From positions 251,012 through 315,011 of the forward strand of contig OZ244889.1 in assembly GCA_965221425.1 (NCBI GenBank): a DNA stretch of 64,000 nt. The letters are read 5' to 3'. Positions within the stretch are counted from its first letter, which is position 1; each line of letters starts with the position of its first letter. Both the position numbers and the translations under genes were made by a program. Below the pieces are notes generated by a model that was not told where the DNA came from, made no database searches, and worked only from the letters and a program-made list of their open reading frames with translations. Shown here piece by piece: positions 20,265 through 31,065 of this stretch. The stretch is from Candidatus Poribacteria bacterium. GTDB taxonomy: Bacteria > Poribacteria > WGA-4E > WGA-3G.

Positions 20265-21466
20265 TAAAACTGATCAACTGTATATGCATCTAACAACTTT
20301 TCGTCGATATCTACACCAAAACCTGGCGCATCATTGAGCGTGAAAAAACCTTTACGCGGAGAGGGGCGGAAACGTTGATAAAGTTCATTTTCAACACCAT
20401 TTCGAGAAGGACCAAACGTTTCCGCCATGCACGGCATCGGTAAACAGGCGGTCAGGTGCAATCCCCACGGTGTACCTGCTTGATGAAGCCATGTTGGCAC
20501 GCCAAGCTCTGCCGCTTCGCGTGCAATACGCAGGCATTCTGTAAAACCGCCTGCCCAACTCACATCTGGCTGAATCATATCTGCTGCCTTCCATCGCAAA
20601 AGTTCACGAAATCCGTATCGGGTGAATTCGTGTTCACCTGAAACAATCCACGGCGGATCAATCTCTTGCACTAACTGCGCCATGCCAGCATAATCATCAA
20701 GTGGTACCGGTTCCTCAATCCATTTGAGGTTAGCGTCCTTAGCTGCGTCAGCAAAACGGAGGGTATAATCCACATCCCAACGGAGATAGATATCCGTCAT
20801 CAGGTCCACATCTGATCCGATAGCATCGCGTGCGGCGTATATCATCTCAAGGTTTTGTGCAAAGCCATCTTCACCTTCCGCGAGTCCGTTTTTGAGTGGA
20901 ATTTTGCATGCAGTAAACCCGTTTTCTGCATAATAACCGACATCTGCACCGGTAGCATACGCGGGGATATGAAGGCGTGGATTATCCGTGAAAAGACTAT
21001 AGATAGGTGCATCTACTATCTTGCCACACAAATCAACAAGGGCAAGCTCTATCCCACTTAGCGCGTAGATCACGAGCCCGCGTCTACCATAAATTGAGGT
21101 GATGTGGTAGAGATGTTCCCAAATTTCTTCCACATCAAGCGGATCGCGTCCGATGACGAAGTGTTGAAGATGTTTGTCAATAATCATCGCACCTGCAAGT
21201 CCACCCCCACCAAGCCCGTATCCTTTTAATCCTTTATCGGTTGTGATTTGAACGATTAACGCGCCTGCTTGTGCTGCGAAAGGACCACGCCAATCGACAT
21301 GAACATTTTTGGTGGTTTGCCCAGGCATATCGCCCTTCGCAAAACCGAGGGTTGGCATTGCGCGCGGGTTTAGATTGACATGCCATGTGCGGATGCCTGC
21401 TACAGTGTGGCGAGTTTTGGCACGTGTTTTCCATTGTGTGGAGAGAGTGTTTTCGTTGATTTGCAT
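20264..21466 (-). CDS. Enolase/mandelate racemase superfamily, L-rhamnonate dehydratase-like
   Basis: YGRRGL, IPAYATG, D-E-E metal ligands (MTD, IEEP, SGEHE), IQPDVSWAGG. Confidence 0.82.
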   Translation of the reverse strand: MQINENTLSTQWKTRAKTRHTVAGIRTWHVNLNPRAMPTLGFAKGDMPGQTTKNVHVDWRGPFAAQAGALIVQITTDKGLKGYGLGGGGLAGAMIIDKHLQHFVIGRDPLDVEEIWEHLYHITSIYGRRGLVIYALSGIELALVDLCGKIVDAPIYSLFTDNPRLHIPAYATGADVGYYAENGFTACKIPLKNGLAEGEDGFAQNLEMIYAARDAIGSDVDLMTDIYLRWDVDYTLRFADAAKDANLKWIEEPVPLDDYAGMAQLVQEIDPPWIVSGEHEFTRYGFRELLRWKAADMIQPDVSWAGGFTECLRIAREAAELGVPTWLHQAGTPWGLHLTACLPMPCMAETFGPSRNGVENELYQRFRPSPRKGFFTLNDAPGFGVDIDEKLLDAYTVDQF

Positions 21467-21537
21467 GGTATAATTCCTATGAAATAAAAATCGGGCGGAC
21501 AAAGCCCACCTACATGAGAGTTAAGAGCGGCATAATA

Positions 21538-23505
21538 TTAACGCGGCAAGGCATGATAACCTATGCCGCTGAAAAATCCAACCACCATCCAGATACCTAC
21601 CATCACATATTCACCAAAAATTAATCCGAATGTAATAGGACGGATCCGCCGATATACCATAGGACCGCCAAATTTGAGTGTAATGTATTTGATGAGCCAA
21701 CCGATAAAAATAGAAGACCACAAGTGAAATGCAGGATAGGTAGCACCTAAAAGATAACCTATCGGATGCAATGACCACCAGACAAAACTTTGACGCATCC
21801 ATAACATAAAACCTGTAAAACCTGCACCTGCAATCATGCTGTAGACCTCAAGCCAATTTGTTTCAACCGGCGATTGGATGAGTCGGTTCATTCGGTTGAA
21901 ATAGCCGCGCGGGGCACCGATAAAGGACCTACCTTGTAAAAACAGCGCGCCTTTGTCATAAACAAGCGTCAACGATGCATAAACGGATACAAGAATAGCG
22001 ATAACAATTGAAATACCGAGTATCGGTCCGATTCGGCGGCGGACAAGTTGAACTTCATCGGCTGCTTTGAAACTATGCAGAAAGTTCGGCATCATGAACT
22101 CTCCCCAATCTCGCAGAAAAGTACGCTGAAAACTGAGTACAGCCAAGCTTTTTTGTCCCATTGCCCCCGATCCGAGCGTAAAATTGATGTAATCTGCTGG
22201 AAAAAAAGGAGCTTGCACGAGCAACAGCCCACCGTTTACCACCATCCATGATAGGACAATTGAAGTGACAAAGATTGAGAGGAGTGTGACAATCGCAACC
22301 CAAGTAGTTATACCCGCAATCACAAAGAACACGACAAGGGTAACAAAACCGAGAAGAAATCCGAGCAGTGCCAAGCGATAGGGGAGCGGTTCATCAGAAT
22401 CGTCTATCAAACGTCTATCTCCCGCTATATTCGTTTGTTTGTTGTACAACCCAAACGTTTTCCTAAAAATTGATGCGATATGTTCCCGTCCACCCCAAAA
22501 AACAGCAGGCACAAAGATAAGGTAACCACCCATCACTTGACGACTACAACTCACCCACGGACCGATTCCGAAACCTGTTGCATTCATAATAATATATTGC
22601 AGTTTGAAAAACAGAAAGAAAAACCACAGACTAAACGACACTTCAAGCGTTAACAGCGCAGCTACCCCGATAACTGAAAAATAGATGGCGATGTTCATCG
22701 CTGGCCACATGCCAAGCGCATGCCACGGCTTTTCTGTAAAGGCGCGATGGATATTATAAATCAGTGGGATTTGAGGAACGTTTGGAAAATGTGCGTGCAG
22801 TCCGTTGAGAAAATGTATTAGCACCGGCAGTGCCATGCCCACCCATAATAGTTTGTTTTTGAAAAATGCGTTGAGAAGTGTTCCATGTTCCGGTTCTGCT
22901 GCAAGTTGCACTGGAATTTGGACTAAAGGAAATGAAAACCGCTCGCGTTCTATCCACTGCTTGCGGAGGATCGTGGCGAGGCAGATTGTTGTGAAATAGA
23001 AAACAAGGACAAAAAGTCCCCAAATAAGGAGCGGTTTGACCCAAGGTGACCACGGAACGTTTCCACCCGGCGAAAGTCCTTCGTAGAAATCTGTTACAGC
23101 TTGTGTGTCTGTAACGACTAACCACTCTGGGATGTGTGGTTGGAGTGTCTCTGCCCAATCGTTTTCGGGAGTTGTGAAGTAACGTAGCGCAACAAGGCAG
23201 GGTAGCAGGAACTGCAGCAGTCCCATTGAAGGGATGCCGACAGCAACGATTAGCATCATCCAAATAACTGTTAATTCGAGGGCGGAAAAGGAAAAACGGC
23301 TGCTTCGTGTCAAAAAACGTAGCGGAAGATTGACAACAAACACAAGAAGGAGCAGCCCAAAGATTGAGCCAACAGGGAGGTGATTGCCCGCAATTCTTGA
23401 ATTCTCTAAAAAATAATTGTTGTAGGGGGTGATTGCACATATTCCCCCTACTAAAAGTAGACCTACAAGGATAGCAGAGAATCTGATTTTTAGGCGGCGA
23501 GGCAT
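21538..23505 (-). CDS. Polytopic membrane protein, DUF6785/DUF6784-type (OPT-transporter-related)
   Basis: Many TM helices; LRKQWIERERFSFPLVQIP and WWSLHPIGY motifs. Confidence 0.7.
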   Translation of the reverse strand: MPRRLKIRFSAILVGLLLVGGICAITPYNNYFLENSRIAGNHLPVGSIFGLLLLVFVVNLPLRFLTRSSRFSFSALELTVIWMMLIVAVGIPSMGLLQFLLPCLVALRYFTTPENDWAETLQPHIPEWLVVTDTQAVTDFYEGLSPGGNVPWSPWVKPLLIWGLFVLVFYFTTICLATILRKQWIERERFSFPLVQIPVQLAAEPEHGTLLNAFFKNKLLWVGMALPVLIHFLNGLHAHFPNVPQIPLIYNIHRAFTEKPWHALGMWPAMNIAIYFSVIGVAALLTLEVSFSLWFFFLFFKLQYIIMNATGFGIGPWVSCSRQVMGGYLIFVPAVFWGGREHIASIFRKTFGLYNKQTNIAGDRRLIDDSDEPLPYRLALLGFLLGFVTLVVFFVIAGITTWVAIVTLLSIFVTSIVLSWMVVNGGLLLVQAPFFPADYINFTLGSGAMGQKSLAVLSFQRTFLRDWGEFMMPNFLHSFKAADEVQLVRRRIGPILGISIVIAILVSVYASLTLVYDKGALFLQGRSFIGAPRGYFNRMNRLIQSPVETNWLEVYSMIAGAGFTGFMLWMRQSFVWWSLHPIGYLLGATYPAFHLWSSIFIGWLIKYITLKFGGPMVYRRIRPITFGLIFGEYVMVGIWMVVGFFSGIGYHALPR

Positions 23506-23624
23506 ATATTAAGTTTCCAACGATGGATATTCAGTTCAAACCTTTCATAACGATTGAACCGCAAGGCGCGGTGTGAAGCAGATTCTTCTCACCACGTTGC
23601 ACACCTGCCATCTAATTATTTTTC

Positions 23625-25085
23625 CTAATCTCCATCAGCCTCATCTCTAAGAACGGGGTTATAGAGACAGAGTTCTGCGTCTACAATTCTACCATCAGGT
23701 AACGTATATTGATTCGGGGTACCGCCGCCCCAAGGTGCTGTCCAATCTTTGCTGCGTTCTTTATCACTATCTTTCTTTTGTTGCACAGCTTCCCAAAAGA
23801 ATCCGCCCATGAGTTGTTCATGTAGGGATGTTTCCACTTCACGATGTTCAGGATGTCCAGCAAGATTCTCAAATTCGCCTGGATCATTTTCTAAATCAAA
23901 CAAGATGGATTCATCTTCGGGGAAGGCGACATATTTATAGCGAGGTGTTCTCAACATACGCATCGGGCCGGTTGTTTGGTTAGCCCAATATTCACTAATT
24001 GCGGTGTTTCGCCAACCATCCGAATTTCCAGTCATCAGATTTGATAAGTCTGAACCGTCCAGGTCATCGGGTATCGGTATACCTGCTCTTGCACATAGGG
24101 TTGGAAAAAGGTCATTCAATTCAACGGGAGAATTCACATGTTTACCGTGTGTCTCTTCTGTTCGCGGATCATATATTATTAGTGGCACTCTTGCTGCAGC
24201 TTCATAATAGCTGGATTTCCACCATTGCCCGTGCTCGCCTGCCATTTCACCGTGGTCGGTGGTATAAACGATAATTGTGTTTTCTAACAGACCGTCACGT
24301 TCCAAAATTGTTAGCAAATCACCGACACATTCATCCAGAAATTCGCAGCAGGCATAGTAAGCCGCGCGTGCTTTCCGCGTCTCTTCCTCTGTAATGGCTG
24401 CTGTGTTGAAAGTCTTTCGTAATCCCTTTGCATAACGGTGCGTATCCTCCAAGTGCCCCGGTGGAATATTCGGCATGTCCACATTATCGGGATAGTATTT
24501 GTCAAGAAGCCGTTTTGGTGCGGTAAGCGGAAAGTGCGGGCGACTATAGCTTGCAAGGAGAAACCAAGGTTGATCATCAGGTTGAGACCTTAAGTATTCA
24601 ATCGTTTCTTCGTTGACCACGCGTTCTTGCAGAAGACTCGATGGAATTTCTGTTACCCCAGCATCCTTTGTGCGATTCTTGTTCCCACGGAGTGGATCAC
24701 GTTGATGTCCGGCACGTCCACGTAGATCACCGTAGGGACGCGATTGGAATCCGTTGTGCTGTTCTTTGCCACCAAAGTGCATTTTACCAACAAGTGCGGT
24801 CGCGTAGCCGTGTTCTGCAAAATGTGCTGGCATTGTAAGGTGTTCAGGGTACAGAATTGAACCGTTAGTCCAAGCGGAGCAACGATGTGCGTATTTTCCT
24901 GTTAACATACACATCCGCGAGGGGGTGCAAAGCGGGAATTGGCAGTATGCCGCATCAAAGTAATTTCCCGTTTCTGCAAGCCGATCCAGATTCGGCGTTT
25001 GCACAATATCGTTGCCTTCACACCCGATAGCATGAGGGCTGTGTTCATCGCTTTGGAGAAATAGGATATTCGGTTTTTGAGCCAT
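23625..25085 (-). CDS. Sulfatase (choline-sulfatase-like)
   Basis: PNILFLQSDEH, CTPSR formylglycine motif, GKMH, RPHFP, TDHGEM. Confidence 0.92.
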   Translation of the reverse strand: MAQKPNILFLQSDEHSPHAIGCEGNDIVQTPNLDRLAETGNYFDAAYCQFPLCTPSRMCMLTGKYAHRCSAWTNGSILYPEHLTMPAHFAEHGYATALVGKMHFGGKEQHNGFQSRPYGDLRGRAGHQRDPLRGNKNRTKDAGVTEIPSSLLQERVVNEETIEYLRSQPDDQPWFLLASYSRPHFPLTAPKRLLDKYYPDNVDMPNIPPGHLEDTHRYAKGLRKTFNTAAITEEETRKARAAYYACCEFLDECVGDLLTILERDGLLENTIIVYTTDHGEMAGEHGQWWKSSYYEAAARVPLIIYDPRTEETHGKHVNSPVELNDLFPTLCARAGIPIPDDLDGSDLSNLMTGNSDGWRNTAISEYWANQTTGPMRMLRTPRYKYVAFPEDESILFDLENDPGEFENLAGHPEHREVETSLHEQLMGGFFWEAVQQKKDSDKERSKDWTAPWGGGTPNQYTLPDGRIVDAELCLYNPVLRDEADGD

Positions 25086-25127
25086 GCTGTAATAGTCTCC
25101 TTTTTTATTCTTCGTATTGTTTTAATA

Positions 25128-25734
25128 TAGTGACATTTAGAATTGAAAGGAACATTTTGTAGCACAACCTGTATGAAGTTTAAGTTATTAATTCGGTAAT
25201 TTGGCGAGGTTAGGAAGAAATCAACGGTATGAATGCCATTTAGGCATTCCCCGCCTCGCCAGCAGAGATGTACACCTGCTGCTGGCGAGGTTTCCTAACC
25301 TCGCTAAATTCCCCAATTTATTTATTAATCTTCATTTAGGTTGTGCAGAAACGGAACACCTTATGTGTCAATTTAAGGGATAAACCCGCTGTAGTAGTGT
25401 CTTTAGTCCCGTGAATCAACGCCAAATACGCGTTTGGTATTTGTCGGGGACGATATGTGTATCCCAACGACATATTTTCTACATATCGTCCCTACGGGAC
25501 TAAAGAACTGGGGTATCGTTTTTTATAAACATATCGTCCGTACGGGACTAAAGAGGACTAATCTCTATAATCATGCGTATTTAGAGGTGTTCACAATAAC
25601 ACAGATTTTTTCTTAAATTGACACCTATGGGTTGTGCAGAAACGGAACACAACCTAACAGGTTATGCTACAGTGTCTACGGTAGTTTCGGTTTTCTGACT
25701 GATCCTAATGTCCAATTAATTCTAAAGTTTACTA
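25128..25734. mobile_element. Composite nest: family A host containing D (25173-25335, with 36-bp E at 25217-25252) and C (25360-25629, with E-like insert 25413-25445)
   Basis: Matching terminal inverted repeats; 21-bp direct repeat GGTTGTGCAGAAACGGAACAC flanks C. Confidence 0.8.
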
Positions 25735-25748
25735 TATTAGTCTCTGTT

Positions 25749-26012
25749 TCAATAAGTAAGTTCACCGTGCATGTGGAAATCAACTCCGAAGGGCAACGCG
25801 ATGTCCGATTCTTTTTTGGCGAAATGCTGCGAAAAATCGACGAGTGTGAATCCAACGAGCTGTTTTGTTTTTGGGTGAAATCGTAGAATTAAATCATCCA
25901 CGTATTCAACATAATCGGTATGCTCGGGTTGACCTCGCGTCACATACAGTACATCAGCTTCCTGATCATAAACAATTTTTAATTCATCTTTTTTGTTATT
26001 CATCTCATGCAC
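25749..26012 (-). CDS. DUF2283 domain protein
   Basis: YDQEADVLYV...LILRF....LVGFTL pattern. Confidence 0.8.
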   Translation of the reverse strand: MHEMNNKKDELKIVYDQEADVLYVTRGQPEHTDYVEYVDDLILRFHPKTKQLVGFTLVDFSQHFAKKESDIALPFGVDFHMHGELTY

Positions 26013-26125
26013 TTTTCTAATTGGACGTCTTGATGCTTTAGTTTACACGAATTCTCAACGATATTCAAGTAGAATCTGGGTAAAGTTTTCTCTACAATGA
26101 AATGCAAAAACCGATAGTCAATTTC

Positions 26126-28180
26126 TTAATGTGGCGGTTCTGCTTTTCGCTTACCGACACCCATTTGAATAGCAGGCAGAATGGTATCAGAGATATTGAC
26201 AGTATAGTCAAAGATTGTCCAACCAGAAGCGCCCAAGAAGCGCGCAAGGTGAATCTGTCCAATCACAGCATCGGGTGTAAGGAGGGAATTAGATGCAGTT
26301 GCGCCAATGCCCGGATAAATCGCTACTCCTTTCGGCATGAGGGCAAGCTGCTTTTCTAACAGATCAGTGAAATATTTGGAATCTTCAGTATAGTTCATCG
26401 GGCAAACGAAGTCAACATAACCTGCTTTTGCCCATGCAATCCAATCCTGACCGATAGAGGTAACACAGTCAGGATAGGCACCGAAAACTGCGGTTGAAAT
26501 TTTTATATCCGGCTTTATCTGACGGGTGCGTTTGTGGATTAAGCGGACTAATCGGGTTATCTGTTGCGCGCGCCATTCAATATACGCTTTCGCGTGCTGT
26601 CCAGTTCTTGGCAACACAGATGCGGGCCACTCCTGAATATGCTGCCTTGTTGCAAGCATGAATCTTTTATGGCACTCATCACAATAGCAAGCTCGACTTC
26701 CCGGATAACGGATATAATCGAGATGGATACCGTCAACATCGTAGTTTCGCACAATTTCCGTGACAGCCTTCAATTCCAACAGCACGTTTTCTGGATTTGA
26801 AGGACAAAGCCAATTGATCGTGTCGCCTGTTGATGAGATTTGCGTCCGTCCATCCGTCTGCATTTTATCCACAAATTCTTTCGGTGCACCTTCCAAATTC
26901 CATGTTATTTTCCATACATGAACTTCCAAATTGTGCTTATGCGCTGCCTTAACACATTGCGCAATTTGGTCTCCATATTTTGCAAACTTTGCACTCTGGG
27001 GCAACACGCTGCTATCATAATGCGCTAAACCGCCCCATGCCATATTCGGAAAGATCATGTTAATGCCAGCAGCAGCCAACTCATTAGCAGAACGGTCCCA
27101 ATCGCCGGGATATGCTCCCAGTCCAGAATGATTCCACAATGCACGTCCTTCGGTTTCATCGGTTAAATGGGATAAAAAATATGCTTTTGAAAGGGCATCT
27201 CGACTCTCCCGCGCTGCGGTCATTGCTTTGTAATACTCCTTACGTGCGTATTCTGTTTGTGCTTGCGTGGTCAAGGTCTTTCCCGTTTGTAAGGCTTGTT
27301 GTGCTTCAGAAATTTCGCCATATCCTACAAATTTTGTTAAGGTATCAAGATTTTTTATGTGCCCGACAGTTGTCATCGCTTCCAATTCACGTTTTGCCAT
27401 TGCACGTTGAAAATCAGGAACGAGATGACCGAGAAGTGCTGCGAGAAGTTGCGTTTTGGTTCGGATATCGTCTGGCAGGAAAACGTGACTGAAAAATACA
27501 CCTGCTTCACCTATAAAAAACGCGGGATATTCAGTCGATTCACCTGCTGCATTGTACCAATGTCCAATAATCTTTGTTTGTGGACTTGTGGGTTCTGCGA
27601 CCGTTATGTTCCACGATGCCTGCCGTACAGACTTCGGGATACCTAATACGTCGGACGTATTAAATTGGATAGAAGCGAACTGTCCAGGGGTTTCTTGGCG
27701 CATCCATTTTATACTTCGTAAATTCAGAAGTGATGCTACCTCATCCGCGAGGTTATAGGTTACAAACAGTTTGCCGCCGCGTGTGACAAAACTTTTCAGG
27801 AGAGAGGCAGTTTTAGTTGAAATTTTTGGATTGAGCGGAAGGATAATCAACCGATACGGATTAGAAGATGTGTCTTGTAAGCGAGGAATAGTCGCGGCAG
27901 CTGTTTCTTCCAATTGGTCTGCAGAAAAACCGATGCTTTTCAACATGCGGACAAAACGCCTGCTAACAGAACGTGCATAGTTCACATCACCTTCTGCTAT
28001 GCCAGACGCTGTTGATGGTAACAGGATGGCTATATCTGCTTGTTGTGCAGCGACCTCAGTTAGCGCGCTTGTCCATCCAACAAGAACGAACACAAGGATA
28101 ATAATATTCGTAGAAAAGGGTTTGAACTGTCTCTTTTCTTGATGAAAGACCTGAAAAAACATAACCGGTTCCCTTAGCAA
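26126..28180 (-). CDS. Glycosyl hydrolase-like family 10 (GHL10/YddW-like) protein with N-terminal glutamine-amidotransferase-like domain
   Basis: EGRALW, LEVHVW, WLCPSNP, YDVDGIHLDYIRYP, GQDW, PMNY; exact start uncertain. Confidence 0.82.
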   Translation of the reverse strand: MLREPVMFFQVFHQEKRQFKPFSTNIIILVFVLVGWTSALTEVAAQQADIAILLPSTASGIAEGDVNYARSVSRRFVRMLKSIGFSADQLEETAAATIPRLQDTSSNPYRLIILPLNPKISTKTASLLKSFVTRGGKLFVTYNLADEVASLLNLRSIKWMRQETPGQFASIQFNTSDVLGIPKSVRQASWNITVAEPTSPQTKIIGHWYNAAGESTEYPAFFIGEAGVFFSHVFLPDDIRTKTQLLAALLGHLVPDFQRAMAKRELEAMTTVGHIKNLDTLTKFVGYGEISEAQQALQTGKTLTTQAQTEYARKEYYKAMTAARESRDALSKAYFLSHLTDETEGRALWNHSGLGAYPGDWDRSANELAAAGINMIFPNMAWGGLAHYDSSVLPQSAKFAKYGDQIAQCVKAAHKHNLEVHVWKITWNLEGAPKEFVDKMQTDGRTQISSTGDTINWLCPSNPENVLLELKAVTEIVRNYDVDGIHLDYIRYPGSRACYCDECHKRFMLATRQHIQEWPASVLPRTGQHAKAYIEWRAQQITRLVRLIHKRTRQIKPDIKISTAVFGAYPDCVTSIGQDWIAWAKAGYVDFVCPMNYTEDSKYFTDLLEKQLALMPKGVAIYPGIGATASNSLLTPDAVIGQIHLARFLGASGWTIFDYTVNISDTILPAIQMGVGKRKAEPPH

Positions 28181-28215
28181 ATGGTTTGCCGGTTTCCTAT
28201 ATTCCTATGTGTTGC

Positions 28216-29664
28216 CTAACGTTCTTTAGTTGCCAAATATCTATCGGATTGATCTGCACTATTTTCGCTGATTTGCTCTGTGTTCCGTAAAAACTTCTCA
28301 ATACCATGGGCGATAGCAGCTGCTACTTTTTGTTGATACACATCCGATGTGAGTTTCTTACCCTCTGTTGGATTCGTTACAAACCCTGTTTCAACAAGGA
28401 TAGCGGGGACACTCGTGCCGATAAGCACAACAAAACGTGCATGTTTAACACCACGGTCTGCTGCCCCTGTTGATGCAATCAATTCCTGCTGCACGTGTGC
28501 TGCTAATCTACGGCTATCCTCACTTTTGCTTTCTACTATTAACCCTTTTAATAGCGTTTCCAGTTCTTGGATACTATAGCCGGAATTTGCATTTTCTCTG
28601 GCAGCGATGATTTCAGCGTTTTTATCTGTACTCGTTACATCCAAATAGTAGGTTTCAATACCGTTGGCTTTCGGGTTTTCACTTGCATTTGCATGAATAC
28701 TCAGAAACAGATCCGCCTTGTGCCTCGTAGCAAACGCTGTGCGCTCCTTCAACGGGATAAAACGGTCAGTCTCTCGCGTAAGCAGGACTGTATAACCTTT
28801 TGCACTTAAAATCGCACCGATTTTCTTTGAAAGACTAAGCACAATAGGTTTTTCTATGATACCTCCATCGCTGCCTCCGCCTGGGTCTTTTCCACCGTGC
28901 CCAGCGTCTATCACAATTGTTTTAGCAGTTAATCCGAATTCACGTGTCAGGGATCCGGGGGTTAACGTTTCTGGCTCAGCGGCAGGCGGCTCCGGTTCGG
29001 GTTTGGCTTGCGGTTTCGGTTCAACCTTCGGTTGAGAAGGAGTTTCATCGGGTATCTTTTTGGGATTCTGTGGTGTTTTCAGTTCCTTTAGTTCTTCAGA
29101 TGCTGTTGCCACTATTTCTTTTTTTGCTGCAGATTCAATAATTTCAACGTAGAGTGTTTCGGCACGTGTTTTGTAGCCATGTTCTGCATAAGTGCGCCCT
29201 AATTCTAACTGCGCTTCTGCTGCAATATTTGTCTCAGCATATCGGTTCGTAACAATCTGGTAGTGATGCGCTGCGCGAGCGGAATCACCTATCAACGTGT
29301 AGCAGCGGGCAATCCAATAGTGTGCCTGGGGTAAGTGTTCTGAATCGGGATAGGTGTAAATTAGCCTTCGAAATGCTGCGATGGCACGTTGCGGTGCCGC
29401 TGAATCGCCTGCTTTAATGCACCATACCCAGCTGGAAGCGATAGTATACTGCGCATCATCCGCAGTTTCACTTTCTGCATCCAGGCGAATGACGTTTTCA
29501 AGTTCTGAAATTAAGTTGTGCCATTCATCAAGGGTCGCGTATTTTTCTCCGCTTGTGTACTCGTAATGTTGAACCGCTAACTCATTATAACTTGACATAG
29601 TAGCGCAGCCTGAAAACAGGACTGCTAATAATAGAATTACTATCCAGATAGAACACGATTTCAT
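28216..29664 (-). CDS. Lipoprotein TPR-domain N-acetylmuramoyl-L-alanine amidase (Amidase_3)
   Basis: Lipobox FSGC; TPRs; IVIDAGHGGKDPG, FLSIHANA, ILVETGF. Confidence 0.9.
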   Translation of the reverse strand: MKSCSIWIVILLLAVLFSGCATMSSYNELAVQHYEYTSGEKYATLDEWHNLISELENVIRLDAESETADDAQYTIASSWVWCIKAGDSAAPQRAIAAFRRLIYTYPDSEHLPQAHYWIARCYTLIGDSARAAHHYQIVTNRYAETNIAAEAQLELGRTYAEHGYKTRAETLYVEIIESAAKKEIVATASEELKELKTPQNPKKIPDETPSQPKVEPKPQAKPEPEPPAAEPETLTPGSLTREFGLTAKTIVIDAGHGGKDPGGGSDGGIIEKPIVLSLSKKIGAILSAKGYTVLLTRETDRFIPLKERTAFATRHKADLFLSIHANASENPKANGIETYYLDVTSTDKNAEIIAARENANSGYSIQELETLLKGLIVESKSEDSRRLAAHVQQELIASTGAADRGVKHARFVVLIGTSVPAILVETGFVTNPTEGKKLTSDVYQQKVAAAIAHGIEKFLRNTEQISENSADQSDRYLATKER

Positions 29665-29953
29665 GCATTTTACTCCTGCGCTGATTTATTATGGCGTAAC
29701 CTGAAGGTTCACCTTGTGATGTACGGAAATATGATTTTTCTTTTTTGCATTTTTAGCATGATATAAAACGGAAATTTTGTAGTTTTCGTTACTAAAAATA
29801 CAGTATGGTCAGATGTGGACTTTACGACCAATTCAATGTGACGTGCTAATTGGGCCGAATTACAAGAGAGTGTGAACTTTTTGGCATTACTTACTTTGTT
29901 TTTTGTGGAAGGGTTTTCTAAACCTATAACTGGCCAATTTAGGTGTGGCATTA

Positions 29954-30148
29954 TAGTAAAATCGGAAAATATGTGGACATTTCAATGAACAACAATCCGC
30001 ACACCATAACGCTGGTAAGGCGGGGAATCATGGCGAATACCATACGGGGAATCATGGCGAATGCGCCAAATCAACGGTATGAATCATGGAGCATGCCACA
30101 CGCGCATGCTGCTTTAGGCATTCCCGTATGGCATTCGCCATAATTCAT
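29954..30148. mobile_element. A-type left end followed by multiply nested E hairpin units
   Basis: TAGTAAAATCGGAAAATATG...; GGGGAATCATGGCGAAT and CAAATCAACGGTATGAAT motifs. Confidence 0.65.
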
Positions 30149-30255
30149 AAAACATCAAAAAGCAAATCTTTTTCTCTCAAATAACGGGGTTGGACCCACA
30201 ACTAAAGCAGTGGGATTGATAAGGAAGTCGCTTCAGCATAGCAGCGTTCCTCCAC

Positions 30256-31056
30256 TCAATACCCTAAATTCCGCAGATATTCTCTATTTACTACCGCAGC
30301 TTCGGCTGGTGGGCGCGGTGGATATGGGCGATCAAGTTCGACAGAAACCCATCCATCGTAACCGACAGATTCAAGACCTTCAAGCACCGCTTTGACATCA
30401 AGCCCAAGGTTGCCTGCACCGAGTTCTGCAAAACGCGCCTTCTCACCAAAACGTTGTGTCCGATAATCCCATGTTTCTGGATCGTCTGCATGGCAATCTT
30501 TGAGATGGACATGTCCAATCCGATTACGCAAAAGGTCGCTTTCAAAAACCTGCATCGGATCACTACCCGCGGCAAGCATGTGTCCTGTATCAAACAGCAG
30601 CCAAAGACTCGGTGCTGCCGATAAGAGACGTTTTGCATCATCAACCGTCTCAATTAACGTGCCGAGATGTGCGTGGTGAAAACCTTTGATATGGTGTGCA
30701 TCGCAGAAAGCGAGAATATCGTCTAATGTTCGGGCAGCGTTTTCGATATCTGCATCGCTTGGATTTGCACCACCCCATTCCCCACGACGTAGTGCAGGGA
30801 CTTCGGCAGCGTTGTTGCCAAGCGTGATGTTAAACCGTATTCTATCAAGGCCCGCGCCACCAGCGTTGACGATATGGAGTCCTAAACTTCGTGCTAACGT
30901 TGCCATTTCAACAAGGCTTTCTGCTCCTTCAATTGGAACACTTTCGACTCCTTCCCAATCAGCATTGGCAACTTCGCGCAATACTTTTTCTGGATTTTCT
31001 CGCTGTTCTCCACCAAACTGTATGAGATGGCATGCGAATCTTAATTTGCTCATCAA
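30256..31056 (-). CDS. Sugar phosphate isomerase/epimerase (xylose-isomerase-like TIM barrel, IolE-like)
   Basis: HHAHLGT, FDTGH, HVHLKD, ELGAG, WVSVELD. Confidence 0.85.
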   Translation of the reverse strand: MMSKLRFACHLIQFGGEQRENPEKVLREVANADWEGVESVPIEGAESLVEMATLARSLGLHIVNAGGAGLDRIRFNITLGNNAAEVPALRRGEWGGANPSDADIENAARTLDDILAFCDAHHIKGFHHAHLGTLIETVDDAKRLLSAAPSLWLLFDTGHMLAAGSDPMQVFESDLLRNRIGHVHLKDCHADDPETWDYRTQRFGEKARFAELGAGNLGLDVKAVLEGLESVGYDGWVSVELDRPYPPRPPAEAAVVNREYLRNLGY

Positions 31057-31065
31057 TATGTCTCC

